Shown one piece after another: positions 37,303 to 47,121 of a DNA stretch of 64,000 nucleotides (position 1 is the first letter of the stretch; every line of letters begins with the position of its first letter). Below the pieces are notes generated by a model that was given only the letters and a program-made list of their open reading frames with translations, had not been told where the DNA came from and ran no database searches. The stretch is from NCBI GenBank assembly GCA_000004985.1, contig GG738853.1. One strand, written 5' to 3'. Made by a program: the position numbers and the translations under genes. The stretch is from Naegleria gruberi (Eukaryota).

Positions 37303-38970
37303 TTATCCAAAGTGGAATCTGAAACCACCACCTCCACCACCTGGGAAACCACCACCTTCTTGGAAGAATGAACCGAAAGGATTACCATGTTGGAAACCTC
37401 CGTGATGACCACCTTGATCACCATGTTGGAAATCATTTTCACCAGCATCATATCTTTGCCTCTTTGAATCGTCACTTAAAACTTCATAGGCTTCAGTAAT
37501 TTCCTTATACTTTTTAGCAGCCTTATCTTTATCTGCTTGAGTTTTATGTTTATCAGGGTGATAGATTTTAACTAATTTTCTATAGGCTTTCTTAATATCT
37601 GATAATGTAACTTGATCCTTATTCTTTCTATCAAAACCAAGAGCCTTATAGTGATCTCTTTGAGAATTAATTCTTTCTTGTTGTTGAATTCTACCAAGAA
37701 TTTGTTGTAACTTTTGTTGATGTTTGTTAGCATGTTCAGATTCTCTAACTTGATTAGCATCTGCTTTAGCTTTATCAAAATCATCTAAAGTGACATGTAA
37801 TTGAGCTCTACTAATTAAACATGCCATTTTATATTCAGAATTATCTGAATTACCTAATGAATCAATAACTGATGTACACAATTTAATACCCTCATCTGCA
37901 TTTGTATGATCTTGTGCTTCACCATATGATTGACATGTTTTAACTTTAACATCAATCATATCAACACCAGGTAAAATTGATTTAGCATCATTTTCCATTA
38001 ATTCAATATATTCTTTAAAATGTTTAATTGCAGAATTATGATTTCCAGAATTGAAATCATTATTTGCTTGTTCATTTAATCTTTCTGCTTGTTTAAATAA
38101 TTTAAATAATTCTTTACAATTTCTATTTTCTGGATCTACTCTTAAACATTTAGTTTTAATAGTATTTTTAGCAGTTTCAATATCTCCTAATAAATATAAA
38201 TATTTTGAATAGAGTATTGTTGCTTGTACATTTGTATTATCTTTAGCATAAATAGTTTTAATATCTTGCATTAAGAGTTGTAATAATTTTGATCGAAGTG
38301 AACAATGTGCACGTTCAATTATTAAATCAACGCTTTCTCTTGCTCCAACTTCTTCTGAAAGTAATTTTGTAATTACTTGTACACATCTCTTACTATTTTC
38401 ATTAGAATTTAAATCAAACTTTTCTTGAATATCACTACTTTCTGGATTTTTAACAATTTCAGAATATAATGATTTACCTAATAAGGCTTTTTTCAATTTT
38501 TCCTTAGTATCATCACTTGGTTTCAATTTTAATAAAGAATTAAAAGCTGAAACTGATTGATCAAATAATCCAAGTGATAAGGCTAATTGTCCTTTCATAG
38601 ATAATGCTTGAGTATGATCAGATTGAATATTAATTAAAGAATCAACATCAGATAATGCAAATTTAAACTTTTTCAATAATTGATAAGTTTCTGCTCTTTT
38701 TAAATAGGCTCTCTTATTTTCTCTTTCAACTTCAAGTGCAGAAGTATATTTTGAAATAGCTTGTTGATAATCTCTATTTCTAAAATCTTTATCTCCAAGT
38801 TCAATCCATTCTTCTGCTGTTTTACTTTTTTGTTGTGGTTGAGCAATGGTACATATTGCTGTAATAATAAGAAGAATAAAAATAACTTTAATTGATGGAG
38901 TTGTACAACTCTTCAGAAGACTAGTCTTTCCGAGAGTGTTGTCGTTGATGGTCTTCGGAATCAGCAGCAT
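37303..38970 (-). CDS. dnajc3: DnaJ subfamily C member 3-like (p58IPK-type) ER co-chaperone: signal anchor, multiple TPRs, a C-terminal J domain and a Gly-rich tail
   Basis: The J domain is DHYKALGFDRKNKDQVTLSDIKKAYRKLVKIYHPDKH...EITEAYEVLSDDSKRQRYD. TPR-like 34-residue repeats lie upstream. The N-terminal hydrophobic segment is IKVIFILLIITAICTIAQ. Confidence 0.8.
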   Translation of the reverse strand: MLLIPKTINDNTLGKTSLLKSCTTPSIKVIFILLIITAICTIAQPQQKSKTAEEWIELGDKDFRNRDYQQAISKYTSALEVERENKRAYLKRAETYQLLKKFKFALSDVDSLINIQSDHTQALSMKGQLALSLGLFDQSVSAFNSLLKLKPSDDTKEKLKKALLGKSLYSEIVKNPESSDIQEKFDLNSNENSKRCVQVITKLLSEEVGARESVDLIIERAHCSLRSKLLQLLMQDIKTIYAKDNTNVQATILYSKYLYLLGDIETAKNTIKTKCLRVDPENRNCKELFKLFKQAERLNEQANNDFNSGNHNSAIKHFKEYIELMENDAKSILPGVDMIDVKVKTCQSYGEAQDHTNADEGIKLCTSVIDSLGNSDNSEYKMACLISRAQLHVTLDDFDKAKADANQVRESEHANKHQQKLQQILGRIQQQERINSQRDHYKALGFDRKNKDQVTLSDIKKAYRKLVKIYHPDKHKTQADKDKAAKKYKEITEAYEVLSDDSKRQRYDAGENDFQHGDQGGHHGGFQHGNPFGSFFQEGGGFPGGGGGGFRFHFG

Positions 38971-39381
38971 GGGATTTGAACAAAGCCTTTTTTTTATGTC
39001 GACGTGCTGAATTTTTTTTATTGTTTATTTGAATGGATGTTGGGTCGTGTTGGAGGAACACGTGTTTTTCAAATTCCTTCACCTCCATCATGAAGAATCT
39101 CTAGCTGTTGTTAGATATTACTTCAGTATCGGAATTTTTGGATAGCTTCTAATGGGAAGACTAGAGAGTTATCAAGTATTAAATGAATAGCTGTCAATTA
39201 TCAAAGTCATACAATAATTATTGAGTAAATTTCAACAAGCCTATTAAGCAATGAACAACCATCAATTGTGTCTCATCAAAACTAATAGTGTATTCATTGT
39301 TCTTCTTATTGTTGTATTAGTATGGTGATTGTCAAGTGATGCTAATATTCATCAAATCATCATCAAATAATAAATTAAAAA

Positions 39382-39990
39382 ATGAGTGAATCTGAATTTA
39401 CACAACAACAAGAAGACCAAATTCTTGAACAATTCTCCAAGTTGCAACAAGAATACAACAACTTTGCCTCCACTGTGGCAAGAATTGAATTGGAAGTTAG
39501 AGATCATGGGTATGTTTGATCATCATAGGTGGAAAAATAATTTATTAAATTGTATAATTTAGTTCCGTTATTTCTGCTCTCAAGGAATTGGATGGTGATA
39601 GAAAATGTTTTAGAGTTGTCGGAGGTGTTTTAGTTGAACGAACAATCAAAGAAGTTATTCCAGCCGTCGAAGGTAATTTGGAAAATGTAAGTTTATAATA
39701 TCAATGAAAAAGATAATTGAAATATGTCTTCGTCGTCATCATCTTACTATTTGTCATCATCAATCTTTCCTGATAATAATTGAAAATGATAATAATAATA
39801 ATATGGACGCACTTGAAAATTCGGAATTATTTAGCTTGAACTCACTGAAAAGAAATTAAAACAAGATTTAGAAGATAAAGAATTAGAATTACTTGCATTC
39901 AAGGAAAAGTACAAGATTAAATTTAAACATGAAGCTATTGCTGAAACTGAAAGAAAGAGTACTGGTAAATCAAGTGGAGTTTTAGCCTAA
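39382..39990 (+). CDS. pfdn2: Prefoldin subunit 2. Exons are 39382..39509, 39563..39686 and 39835..39990.
   Basis: The spliced product is MSESEFTQQQEDQILEQFSKLQQEYNNFASTVARIELEVRDHG-SVISALKELDGDRKCFRVVGGVLVERTIKEVIPAVEGNLEN-LELTEKKLKQDLEDKELELLAFKEKYKIKFKHEAIAETERKSTGKSSGVLA. Human PFDN2 matches at RKCYRMVGGVLVERTVKEVLPALE. Canonical GT..AG junctions. Confidence 0.8.
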
Positions 39991-39994
39991 AAAA

Positions 39995-40264
39995 ATGTCT
40001 CAACAAAATAAATCAGAATTTGATCAAGAAATTGAACAACAAGGAGGTTTTATTGTTCCATTCGAGGAAAAGAAAAGAAATAGAACACAATTATGTAATT
40101 TAGAAGAAGATGCTCTTCAAGTTTGTGTTTTAAATAATAGAGGTATTGTCGGATGTGAAAAGGAAATTGAAAAATTTAATAATTGTAGAATGAAGGAATT
40201 TGCAAAACAATCAAGAGAAGAAAATAGAAAATTGGAAAGAGAACATTCTGCAAGAAAAAGATAA
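39995..40264 (+). CDS. Twin Cx9C (CHCH-fold) small protein, probably of the mitochondrial intermembrane space
   Basis: CNLEEDALQVC and CEKEIEKFNNC, each with exactly 9 residues between the cysteines. 89 aa. The ATG lies 4 bp after the pfdn2 stop. Confidence 0.55.
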   Translation: MSQQNKSEFDQEIEQQGGFIVPFEEKKRNRTQLCNLEEDALQVCVLNNRGIVGCEKEIEKFNNCRMKEFAKQSREENRKLEREHSARKR

Positions 40265-40306
40265 TTTATTTACAATGAATCGATGAAGGGGAATATACAC
40301 ATTAAT

Positions 40307-41734
40307 TTAAACATTTCTTACAACAAAGTCAATAGCATCGGCTACATATTCAACATTCTTTCTATTTAAACCACACATACTAATTCTACCATTATCAGTA
40401 AGATAAATATGGTATTTTTCAATCAAGACAGCAACGTGTTTCTTTTGAAGACCAGTGAATGAAAACATGCCAATTTGTTCAAGAATGTGATTCCAATTAC
40501 CTGGTGTATTTCTCTTCTTGAGGGCATCAAAAAGTAATTGTCTCATTTCCTTAATTCTGTCACTCATCATGATTAATTCCTTCTTCCATTCAGCAAAATA
40601 TTCAGGATTACTTAAAGTCATTGCAACAATTCTAGCACCTTGCAATGGTGGTGATGAATATAAACATCTGACAATAACCTTCATTTGTGATTGAATTTGC
40701 TTGGCAGTTTCAACATTATTTACAACAATGTTCAATGCACCAATTCTTTCACCATATAAACCAAAATTCTTGGCATAACTTTGAGATGCCAACATTTCAA
40801 TACCACGATCAACAAACATTCTAATAGCAGCAGCATCCTTATCCAAATCACCACTTGCAAATCCTTGATAAGCACTATCAAAGAAAGTAAAGTGACCCTT
40901 TTCTTGCATAACATCAGCAATGATTGACCATTGTTCTGGAGTTGGATCAACACCTGTTGGATTGTGAGCACAAGAGTGCAAAAGAACGACTGACTTGTTT
41001 GGAATTGTCTTTAAATCATGAATCATATCATTGAAAGCCAATCCATTTGTCTTATTATCGAAATATCTGTAATATCCAACTGGAACACCAGCAGATTGAC
41101 AAATTTGAATGTGATTAATCCAAGTTGGATTACTAACATATAAGGCAGTACCAGCAGGTAAAAACTTGGCAATAAATTCAATTCCCAATCTCAATGCACC
41201 TGTACCAGAGATTGATTGCACACAAACAATACGACCTTCTTGGAGGGCCTTGCAGTTTTCTCCGAACATTAATTTTGGTGAGACTTTTTTGAATGCTTCC
41301 AAACCATCTTGTGGAATGTATTCCTTGTCCAAGTTTTGTTCGAGGATCTTTTGTTCAACCTTCTTAACAACATTTAAAACCAATGGTTTACCTTCTTCTG
41401 TTCTATAAGCACCAACACCAAGATTAACCTTGCTTGGACTTGTATCTTCTTTGAATGCTTCACTTAAACCCAAGATTGGATCTCTAGGAGCAGTAGGAAT
41501 GGTACCGAAAATGCTTGTCATTTTGTTAGAAGCTGCTGTTGTGTTACTATACAAAAATGATTGTTGCTCGTAGTCAATGCTATCAGAGAGGAGTGATTTT
41601 TTTTGATTAAGAAAATCAAGGCTGGAAGAACTATTAATACTCTCATCATGACTTAAACTTCCTGGTGCGATATGATGAGCGATCATTTCAATTCTCCTGT
41701 TAGAGTTGTTATTGTTATTACTTTGATTGACCAT
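40307..41734 (-). CDS. Aspartate aminotransferase (class I aminotransferase). The longest ORF is 475 aa; the conserved start is the internal Met at 41518 (MTSIFGTIPTAPRDPILGL), giving a cytosolic-type enzyme.
   Basis: NLGVGAYR, SYAKNFGLYGERIGAL (PLP-Lys region) and the family-wide alignment. The upstream 72 codons are Asn/Ser-rich. Confidence 0.8.
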   Translation of the reverse strand: MVNQSNNNNNSNRRIEMIAHHIAPGSLSHDESINSSSSLDFLNQKKSLLSDSIDYEQQSFLYSNTTAASNKMTSIFGTIPTAPRDPILGLSEAFKEDTSPSKVNLGVGAYRTEEGKPLVLNVVKKVEQKILEQNLDKEYIPQDGLEAFKKVSPKLMFGENCKALQEGRIVCVQSISGTGALRLGIEFIAKFLPAGTALYVSNPTWINHIQICQSAGVPVGYYRYFDNKTNGLAFNDMIHDLKTIPNKSVVLLHSCAHNPTGVDPTPEQWSIIADVMQEKGHFTFFDSAYQGFASGDLDKDAAAIRMFVDRGIEMLASQSYAKNFGLYGERIGALNIVVNNVETAKQIQSQMKVIVRCLYSSPPLQGARIVAMTLSNPEYFAEWKKELIMMSDRIKEMRQLLFDALKKRNTPGNWNHILEQIGMFSFTGLQKKHVAVLIEKYHIYLTDNGRISMCGLNRKNVEYVADAIDFVVRNV

Positions 41735-42329
41735 AATGATAGAATTGATAGAGTTGATAGAGTGAGAATCTATTTTGTATGATGGTTAAATTGCAATAAA
41801 TAATAAATAATAATAATAATATTATTATGTGTGATGAAATTATATTGTGATGAAAATATATGGGTAAAAGCCTTGGTTTGTAAATGTTTCTACATTTGTT
41901 AAAATGGTTTTGTTTGAACGTTCCAAAGAGCATAATGTACATATTTAGAGTGATTGTAAAGTGTGTTTCAGTTCATAAAGAATAGAAAAATATTAATTTC
42001 GGAATGATGATGAAAATACTTACTCCAATAGAAAGTAATATGAAGCAAATGTTTAATTGCTGTTGACAGCCACAATCAATGGAAATATTTTTAATTATTG
42101 TGTTCTTCTTGTGGTTGCTCATATTGTTGTTGGTTGTTAAGAATCCGACGGAAAATTAATGAAATATCCAATTCAACTACAAATTTTGTGCTGTTCATCC
42201 CATACACTCTCTACTTTACAAATCTCTTGTTTACAAATAATTATTAAGATTATGAGCTGTTCATTAATGATTGGCTTTATTCACAAGAAGTGAAATTGCT
42301 TCATATTTTCTGTTCAATGAATTCAAAAG

Positions 42330-43703
42330 TTAATTTCCTAATATTGTTGGTGATGATGATGGTAAATATAATTCAGGATAACAATTATTCATTCTCGCTC
42401 TCAATAATTCAATTGAATAGTTAAGTGAAAATCCATTTTGATAAATTGCTTGTAAAATCATTTCCTCTGAAATTCTATTTGATGGAATGTAACCTACTAC
42501 ATACTTTAATACGAATCCATTTCTCTTAATAGCTTCAAGAATAAACTCTTCATTAGTTCTCAATTTAGATTCAGTGAAGACTAATGCTCTTCCACTTAGA
42601 CTGAGTGCAGTTAGTGCAATTTCTAAATCCAATTTAAATTCAGTATTTGCAACACAACTTATCATTAAACCATCTCCTTGAACAGCTTTCAAAGCTAATT
42701 CTCTATCAGTCTTACGTAATTGAGATGAAACCCATTCATAAGCATATGGAGTTTTAGTGACAGCTGTCATTGCTATTTCTCTATCATTTTGTAATTCTGT
42801 TGATGCCTCAGAAAGAGCTGACCCTGTTTGTTGAATTGCTGCCATTACAACTTGTTTATCATTTTTCAATCTTTTAGAAGCAAATCTTAAAGCAAAAGGT
42901 TCTCCTCTGTTGATTGCCATTAATATCAAATCCTTATCATCCATTAATTTCAATGCAAATGGTGAAATAATTTCAAGAGTTTTATATGCATTCTTATTGA
43001 TTGCTTCCATTATAACATCTCTATCCTTCTTAAATTGATTACTTAAATAGGAAAGTGTTTTTACATTTCTGGAAACAACTTTTAAAACCATTGATTTTTC
43101 CTTTTTAAATTTTTTAGGTGCTTTTTGGATAACAACTGCATTTGATTCAATTGCTTTCAATATCATTTCATCATCATTACATTTCTTATAATTAATTTCC
43201 GGTTGAGTTTTGTCGATTTTTGAATTTTTAATTTCTAAATATCTTTCTAATAGAATTGGATCTTTAAATATAGAATAATTATATGATAAATAATTAACTT
43301 CAATTGCTTTGAATATGAATTCTCTATCATTTCTCAATGAATAACTTGCTTGTTCAAGTAAATAAGGACACTCTCTAATAAATTGTAACATTAAATTCGA
43401 ATCTCCATTAACATTCTCTAATGAATCGGCGATTGAATATTTTTTATGAATTATTACTTTAATCCAATAAAATTCCTTATCACCCATAAATTCAATCGGA
43501 GTAAATTCATCATTTTTAGAAAATTCCCATCGATTGGTTAAATATTTCATTTTGTAAAATTGTTGATTCCTAAATTTACATTTCAACAATTCAAGTAATT
43601 GCTCCAAAGATGATGAAACAATGGTATGATTATTCGAATCATCATGATCACTACTATATTGAATATTAACGTCAGAGAAATTTGGTTTCATTTTTTTTAA
43701 CAT
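42330..43703 (-). CDS. DUF4116-repeat protein, 457 aa
   Basis: Tandem repeats of about 36 aa of the type D(R/K)E(I/L)xL.A(I/V)..NG.aL.Y....L; paralogous to the gene at 50890. Confidence 0.55.
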   Translation of the reverse strand: MLKKMKPNFSDVNIQYSSDHDDSNNHTIVSSSLEQLLELLKCKFRNQQFYKMKYLTNRWEFSKNDEFTPIEFMGDKEFYWIKVIIHKKYSIADSLENVNGDSNLMLQFIRECPYLLEQASYSLRNDREFIFKAIEVNYLSYNYSIFKDPILLERYLEIKNSKIDKTQPEINYKKCNDDEMILKAIESNAVVIQKAPKKFKKEKSMVLKVVSRNVKTLSYLSNQFKKDRDVIMEAINKNAYKTLEIISPFALKLMDDKDLILMAINRGEPFALRFASKRLKNDKQVVMAAIQQTGSALSEASTELQNDREIAMTAVTKTPYAYEWVSSQLRKTDRELALKAVQGDGLMISCVANTEFKLDLEIALTALSLSGRALVFTESKLRTNEEFILEAIKRNGFVLKYVVGYIPSNRISEEMILQAIYQNGFSLNYSIELLRARMNNCYPELYLPSSSPTILGN

Positions 43704-44241
43704 CCAGATTTCTAATTCCTTCTTACTATTATTATGCTAACAAAATCACGAGATGAAAAACAATGAAAATTAGTTTTCCATTTCCTACATTGGAAGGTTA
43801 GCTGGTCAATCAAGATAAATGCAGAGAATGATTAGTCAAAGAATGAGTTGCCAAACCATGGTTTGTTTATTGAATGTTATTTTGTAATATGTGAAATAGG
43901 TTAAATTGTAAAATCATGCAGTAATGTGTTCATTTGGAGCATGTTAAACAACTATTTACCTCTTCTGAATTGTTTCAGGAGTATATTCCAGTGCAATGGA
44001 ATTCATGGGATTTCAAATTCAATTTTTGGCAATCAATTAAATGACTAGATTTGGAGGTATGGAATAATACATCCTTTGAGTGCGTACATTCATACACCAC
44101 TCAATACATGCTATTTATCCTCATCCCTATTAAATAACATGTAACGGTAACATTTTCATAAAGAAGAAGAAATTTTGGAGGGAAATAAAATCACTATAAA
44201 ATTGAACGACTATGTGAATTATATGAAAAAAACAATTGAAA

Positions 44242-45258
44242 ATGAATCATTTAGAACCTAAACTCTTTGAACAATACAAACAATTAGAAAAAGAAGAGGA
44301 AATCCTCAAAGAAAATCCTCATCGTTTTGTTCTCTTTCCACTTCATTATCCTAAAATGTGGGAAATGTACAAAAAGACAATGGCTTCATTCTGGACAGTG
44401 GAGGAGGTTGATCTTCACACTGATATAACTGAATGGGAAAAACTCAATTCTAATGAACAACATTTCATCAAGACAGTGCTGGCCTTCTTTGCAGCCAGTG
44501 ATGGAATTGTCAATGAAAATCTATGTCAACAATTCATGGCACAAGTTCAAGTACCAGAAGCAAGATGTTTCTATGGATTTCAAATTGCCATTGAAAATAT
44601 TCATGCTGAAATGTATAGTACTCTCATTGAAACTCTGATTAAAGACCAAAGAGAAAGAAATCGTCTATTTCATGCCATTGATACAGTACCATCAGTTCAA
44701 AAGAAAGCTAACTGGGCATTGAAATGGATTAATTCTGAGAATTTGTTTGCTGAAAGATTGTTGGCATTTGCATGTGTGGAGGGAATTTTCTTCTCTGGAA
44801 GTTTTTGTTCAATTTTCTGGTTAAAGAAACGTGGTCTGATGCCTGGTTTATCATTCTCTAATGAATTGATATCTCGTGATGAAGGGTTACATACAGATTT
44901 CGCATGTTTACTCTATTCCACATTGAAATACACTAAATTACCTCAACAAGTAGTTCATTCACTTGTTTATGAAGCTGTTGAGATTGAGAAGGAATTTATC
45001 AGTGAAAGTTTACCAGTTGATTTGATTGGAATGAATAGTAGATTAATGCAACAATATATTGAAATGGTTGCTGATAGATTGTTGGTTTCTATTGGATATG
45101 AAAAGATTTATAACTCATCAAATCCATTCGATTGGATGAATATCATATCTGTCAGTGGAAAGACAAACTTTTTTGAGAAGAAAGTTGGAGAATATGCCAA
45201 GGCAAATATAATGTCCAATAAGAAAGATAAGGTTTTCAGATTGGATGATGATTTTTAA
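44242..45258 (+). CDS. rnrB: Ribonucleoside-diphosphate reductase small subunit (R2), 338 aa
   Basis: [50 protein letters not shown], the iron ligands and the Tyr-radical region. The ATG is at 44242; the track ORF starts at an upstream TTG. Confidence 0.9.
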   Translation: MNHLEPKLFEQYKQLEKEEEILKENPHRFVLFPLHYPKMWEMYKKTMASFWTVEEVDLHTDITEWEKLNSNEQHFIKTVLAFFAASDGIVNENLCQQFMAQVQVPEARCFYGFQIAIENIHAEMYSTLIETLIKDQRERNRLFHAIDTVPSVQKKANWALKWINSENLFAERLLAFACVEGIFFSGSFCSIFWLKKRGLMPGLSFSNELISRDEGLHTDFACLLYSTLKYTKLPQQVVHSLVYEAVEIEKEFISESLPVDLIGMNSRLMQQYIEMVADRLLVSIGYEKIYNSSNPFDWMNIISVSGKTNFFEKKVGEYAKANIMSNKKDKVFRLDDDF

Positions 45259-46134
45259 ATAATTTGTATAAATTGTATTATTACTAATTAGCTACTACTA
45301 TTTTCCATCATCCTCAATTGTTTCAATTACTTTAAATTCAAGTACTATCTTTCTTGTGTTGACAAATAATCATGTAAGAATGCCTTCTGTGAATACAGGA
45401 GGATTTGTGTATGGCTGGTAATAGTCTCATGATTTATAAGGTAAAGTAAGTAATTTTCTCAACAATATTGATATAGGTTCTTATTTAAGAGCCATGAACA
45501 TTAATAAATCCGTCTTAATAGATGAAGTAATAGATGAATTAACAATTGAAAATTTCTCATTTGACTCTTGAATTGTTTACTCAACATCTAATATCGGATA
45601 GTCAATAGAACACTTTTCAAAAAATACAAGGCTTGCTGTTATTTCTTCAAAAGTTGCCAGCTTGGTTGTTCCTTTTTATATGAATTTTCATGATGAATAT
45701 TACTGTTGTGTTTATATTGCTGAAGGCAATCATTGAATTTAAACTCTAATACATTCTCGTTAGGTTTTGTTATTCTTTCTTTCTTCATACAAAAATCATC
45801 ATCACTAATATTTAATTCTTCCGAACAACAAGTAAGCAATGAAGAAGTGTAATAGTAACAGAATGATTAATTGATGAAGTATTAAACAGGAAAGTTAGAT
45901 GTTGTTGTTACTGGCATTTAAAACAAGGCTGTTGTGTGATTGTGAAGCAAGTAGTGTTGAAATTGCAACTTGTGAAATTTTTCTAAATATTTTTTCGCTT
46001 GAATCATTTTCATTGTAAAAATACTGTCAACCCCATTTTAAAAGTTTGTTGAAAAAAAAATCCTCAAATTGTTAGTGTCATTTTATTCTCACATTTTTTA
46101 ATTAACCACACCTTCTTTATCTTTAGATTATCCA

Positions 46135-46779
46135 ATGGTCTCCCATAACAACGCAGTCCCACAAAGCAAGTGGAAGAAGCAATGGACTAACAGAGTCAAA
46201 TTGTTCTTCGATGGTCCAGCTAAGGCTAAGAAGAGACAAGAATTGAGAATCAAGAAGGCTAAGAATGTCTTCCCAAGACCAACCGAATTGTTGAGACCTG
46301 TTGTCAGACTCTCCGGAAGAAGATATAACAGAAGAGTTGCTTTGGGTAGAGGTTTCTCTGTTGAAGAATTGAAGCAAGCTGGTATTCCACTCCAATTCGC
46401 AAAGACTGTTGGTATTGCTATTGACACCAGAAGAAAGGATTTGAGCGAAGAAAGACTCCAAGCTAACGTCCAAAGACTCCAAGAATACAAGCAAAGAGTT
46501 GTTTTGTTCCCAAGAAAGAAGGGTACCGTTAAGAAGGGTCCAATTGCTGATGCTCAAGTTGCTAAGGCTGAATCTCAAGTCAGAGGTACCGTCCTCCCAG
46601 TCAAGAGAGAAGTCGCTGTTGTTGAAACCAGAGATATTTCTGCTCAAGAAAAGGAATCATCAGCTGTTAAGTCTATTGTCAAGGCCAGAAAGTCCATCAA
46701 GCAATTCTCTTATCTCCAAAAGAAGAAGAATAAGGCTGTTGTTGCTACCCCAGCTGGTGCCGTTGTTGCTGACGAATAA
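46135..46779 (+). CDS. rpl13: 60S ribosomal protein L13 (eL13)
   Basis: Colinear with human RPL13 (…RPxxxLRPVVRxxxxRYNxRVxxGRGFSxEELKxAGI…QANVQRLxEYxxxxxLFPRK…). Confidence 0.9.
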   Translation: MVSHNNAVPQSKWKKQWTNRVKLFFDGPAKAKKRQELRIKKAKNVFPRPTELLRPVVRLSGRRYNRRVALGRGFSVEELKQAGIPLQFAKTVGIAIDTRRKDLSEERLQANVQRLQEYKQRVVLFPRKKGTVKKGPIADAQVAKAESQVRGTVLPVKREVAVVETRDISAQEKESSAVKSIVKARKSIKQFSYLQKKKNKAVVATPAGAVVADE

Positions 46780-46860
46780 ATTTATAAATAAAACACAAAC
46801 AAAAATTTCAAAAATCAAAATGTTCATTATTATTATGAAATATTTAACACTAAATAAATT

Positions 46861-47052
46861 TTATTGATTGTCATTTTCTTGTTTGACTCTTTTCTTGATC
46901 TCACTCTTCAAATTAGCTGTATTGCTTGTTCTTTTGGTTGATGTTTCTGTCAATTGTGCAGTTCCTTCCCTTATCTTTGCCTGATAGGATTGAAAGAGTT
47001 TTTCACATTCATCTTCTACTAGCTTAATAAATTGAGCATCAAATGAATCCAT
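46861..47052 (-). CDS. Possible 63-aa ORF starting 70 bp downstream of the MCM gene stop
   Basis: ATG-initiated ORF MDSFDAQFIKLVEDECEKLFQSYQAKIREG... with Dictyostelium-like codons; no homology recognised. Confidence 0.25.
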   Translation of the reverse strand: MDSFDAQFIKLVEDECEKLFQSYQAKIREGTAQLTETSTKRTSNTANLKSEIKKRVKQENDNQ

Positions 47053-47121
47053 ATTATTGTTTGGTTGGTTGTTTTTTTATAAAAGGAAACTGTCTTTTAA
47101 GGAATGGTCAATCGGTATTTA

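Noticed and set aside
45639-45839. 66-aa minus-strand ORF downstream of rnrB
   Set aside because: No support beyond being open
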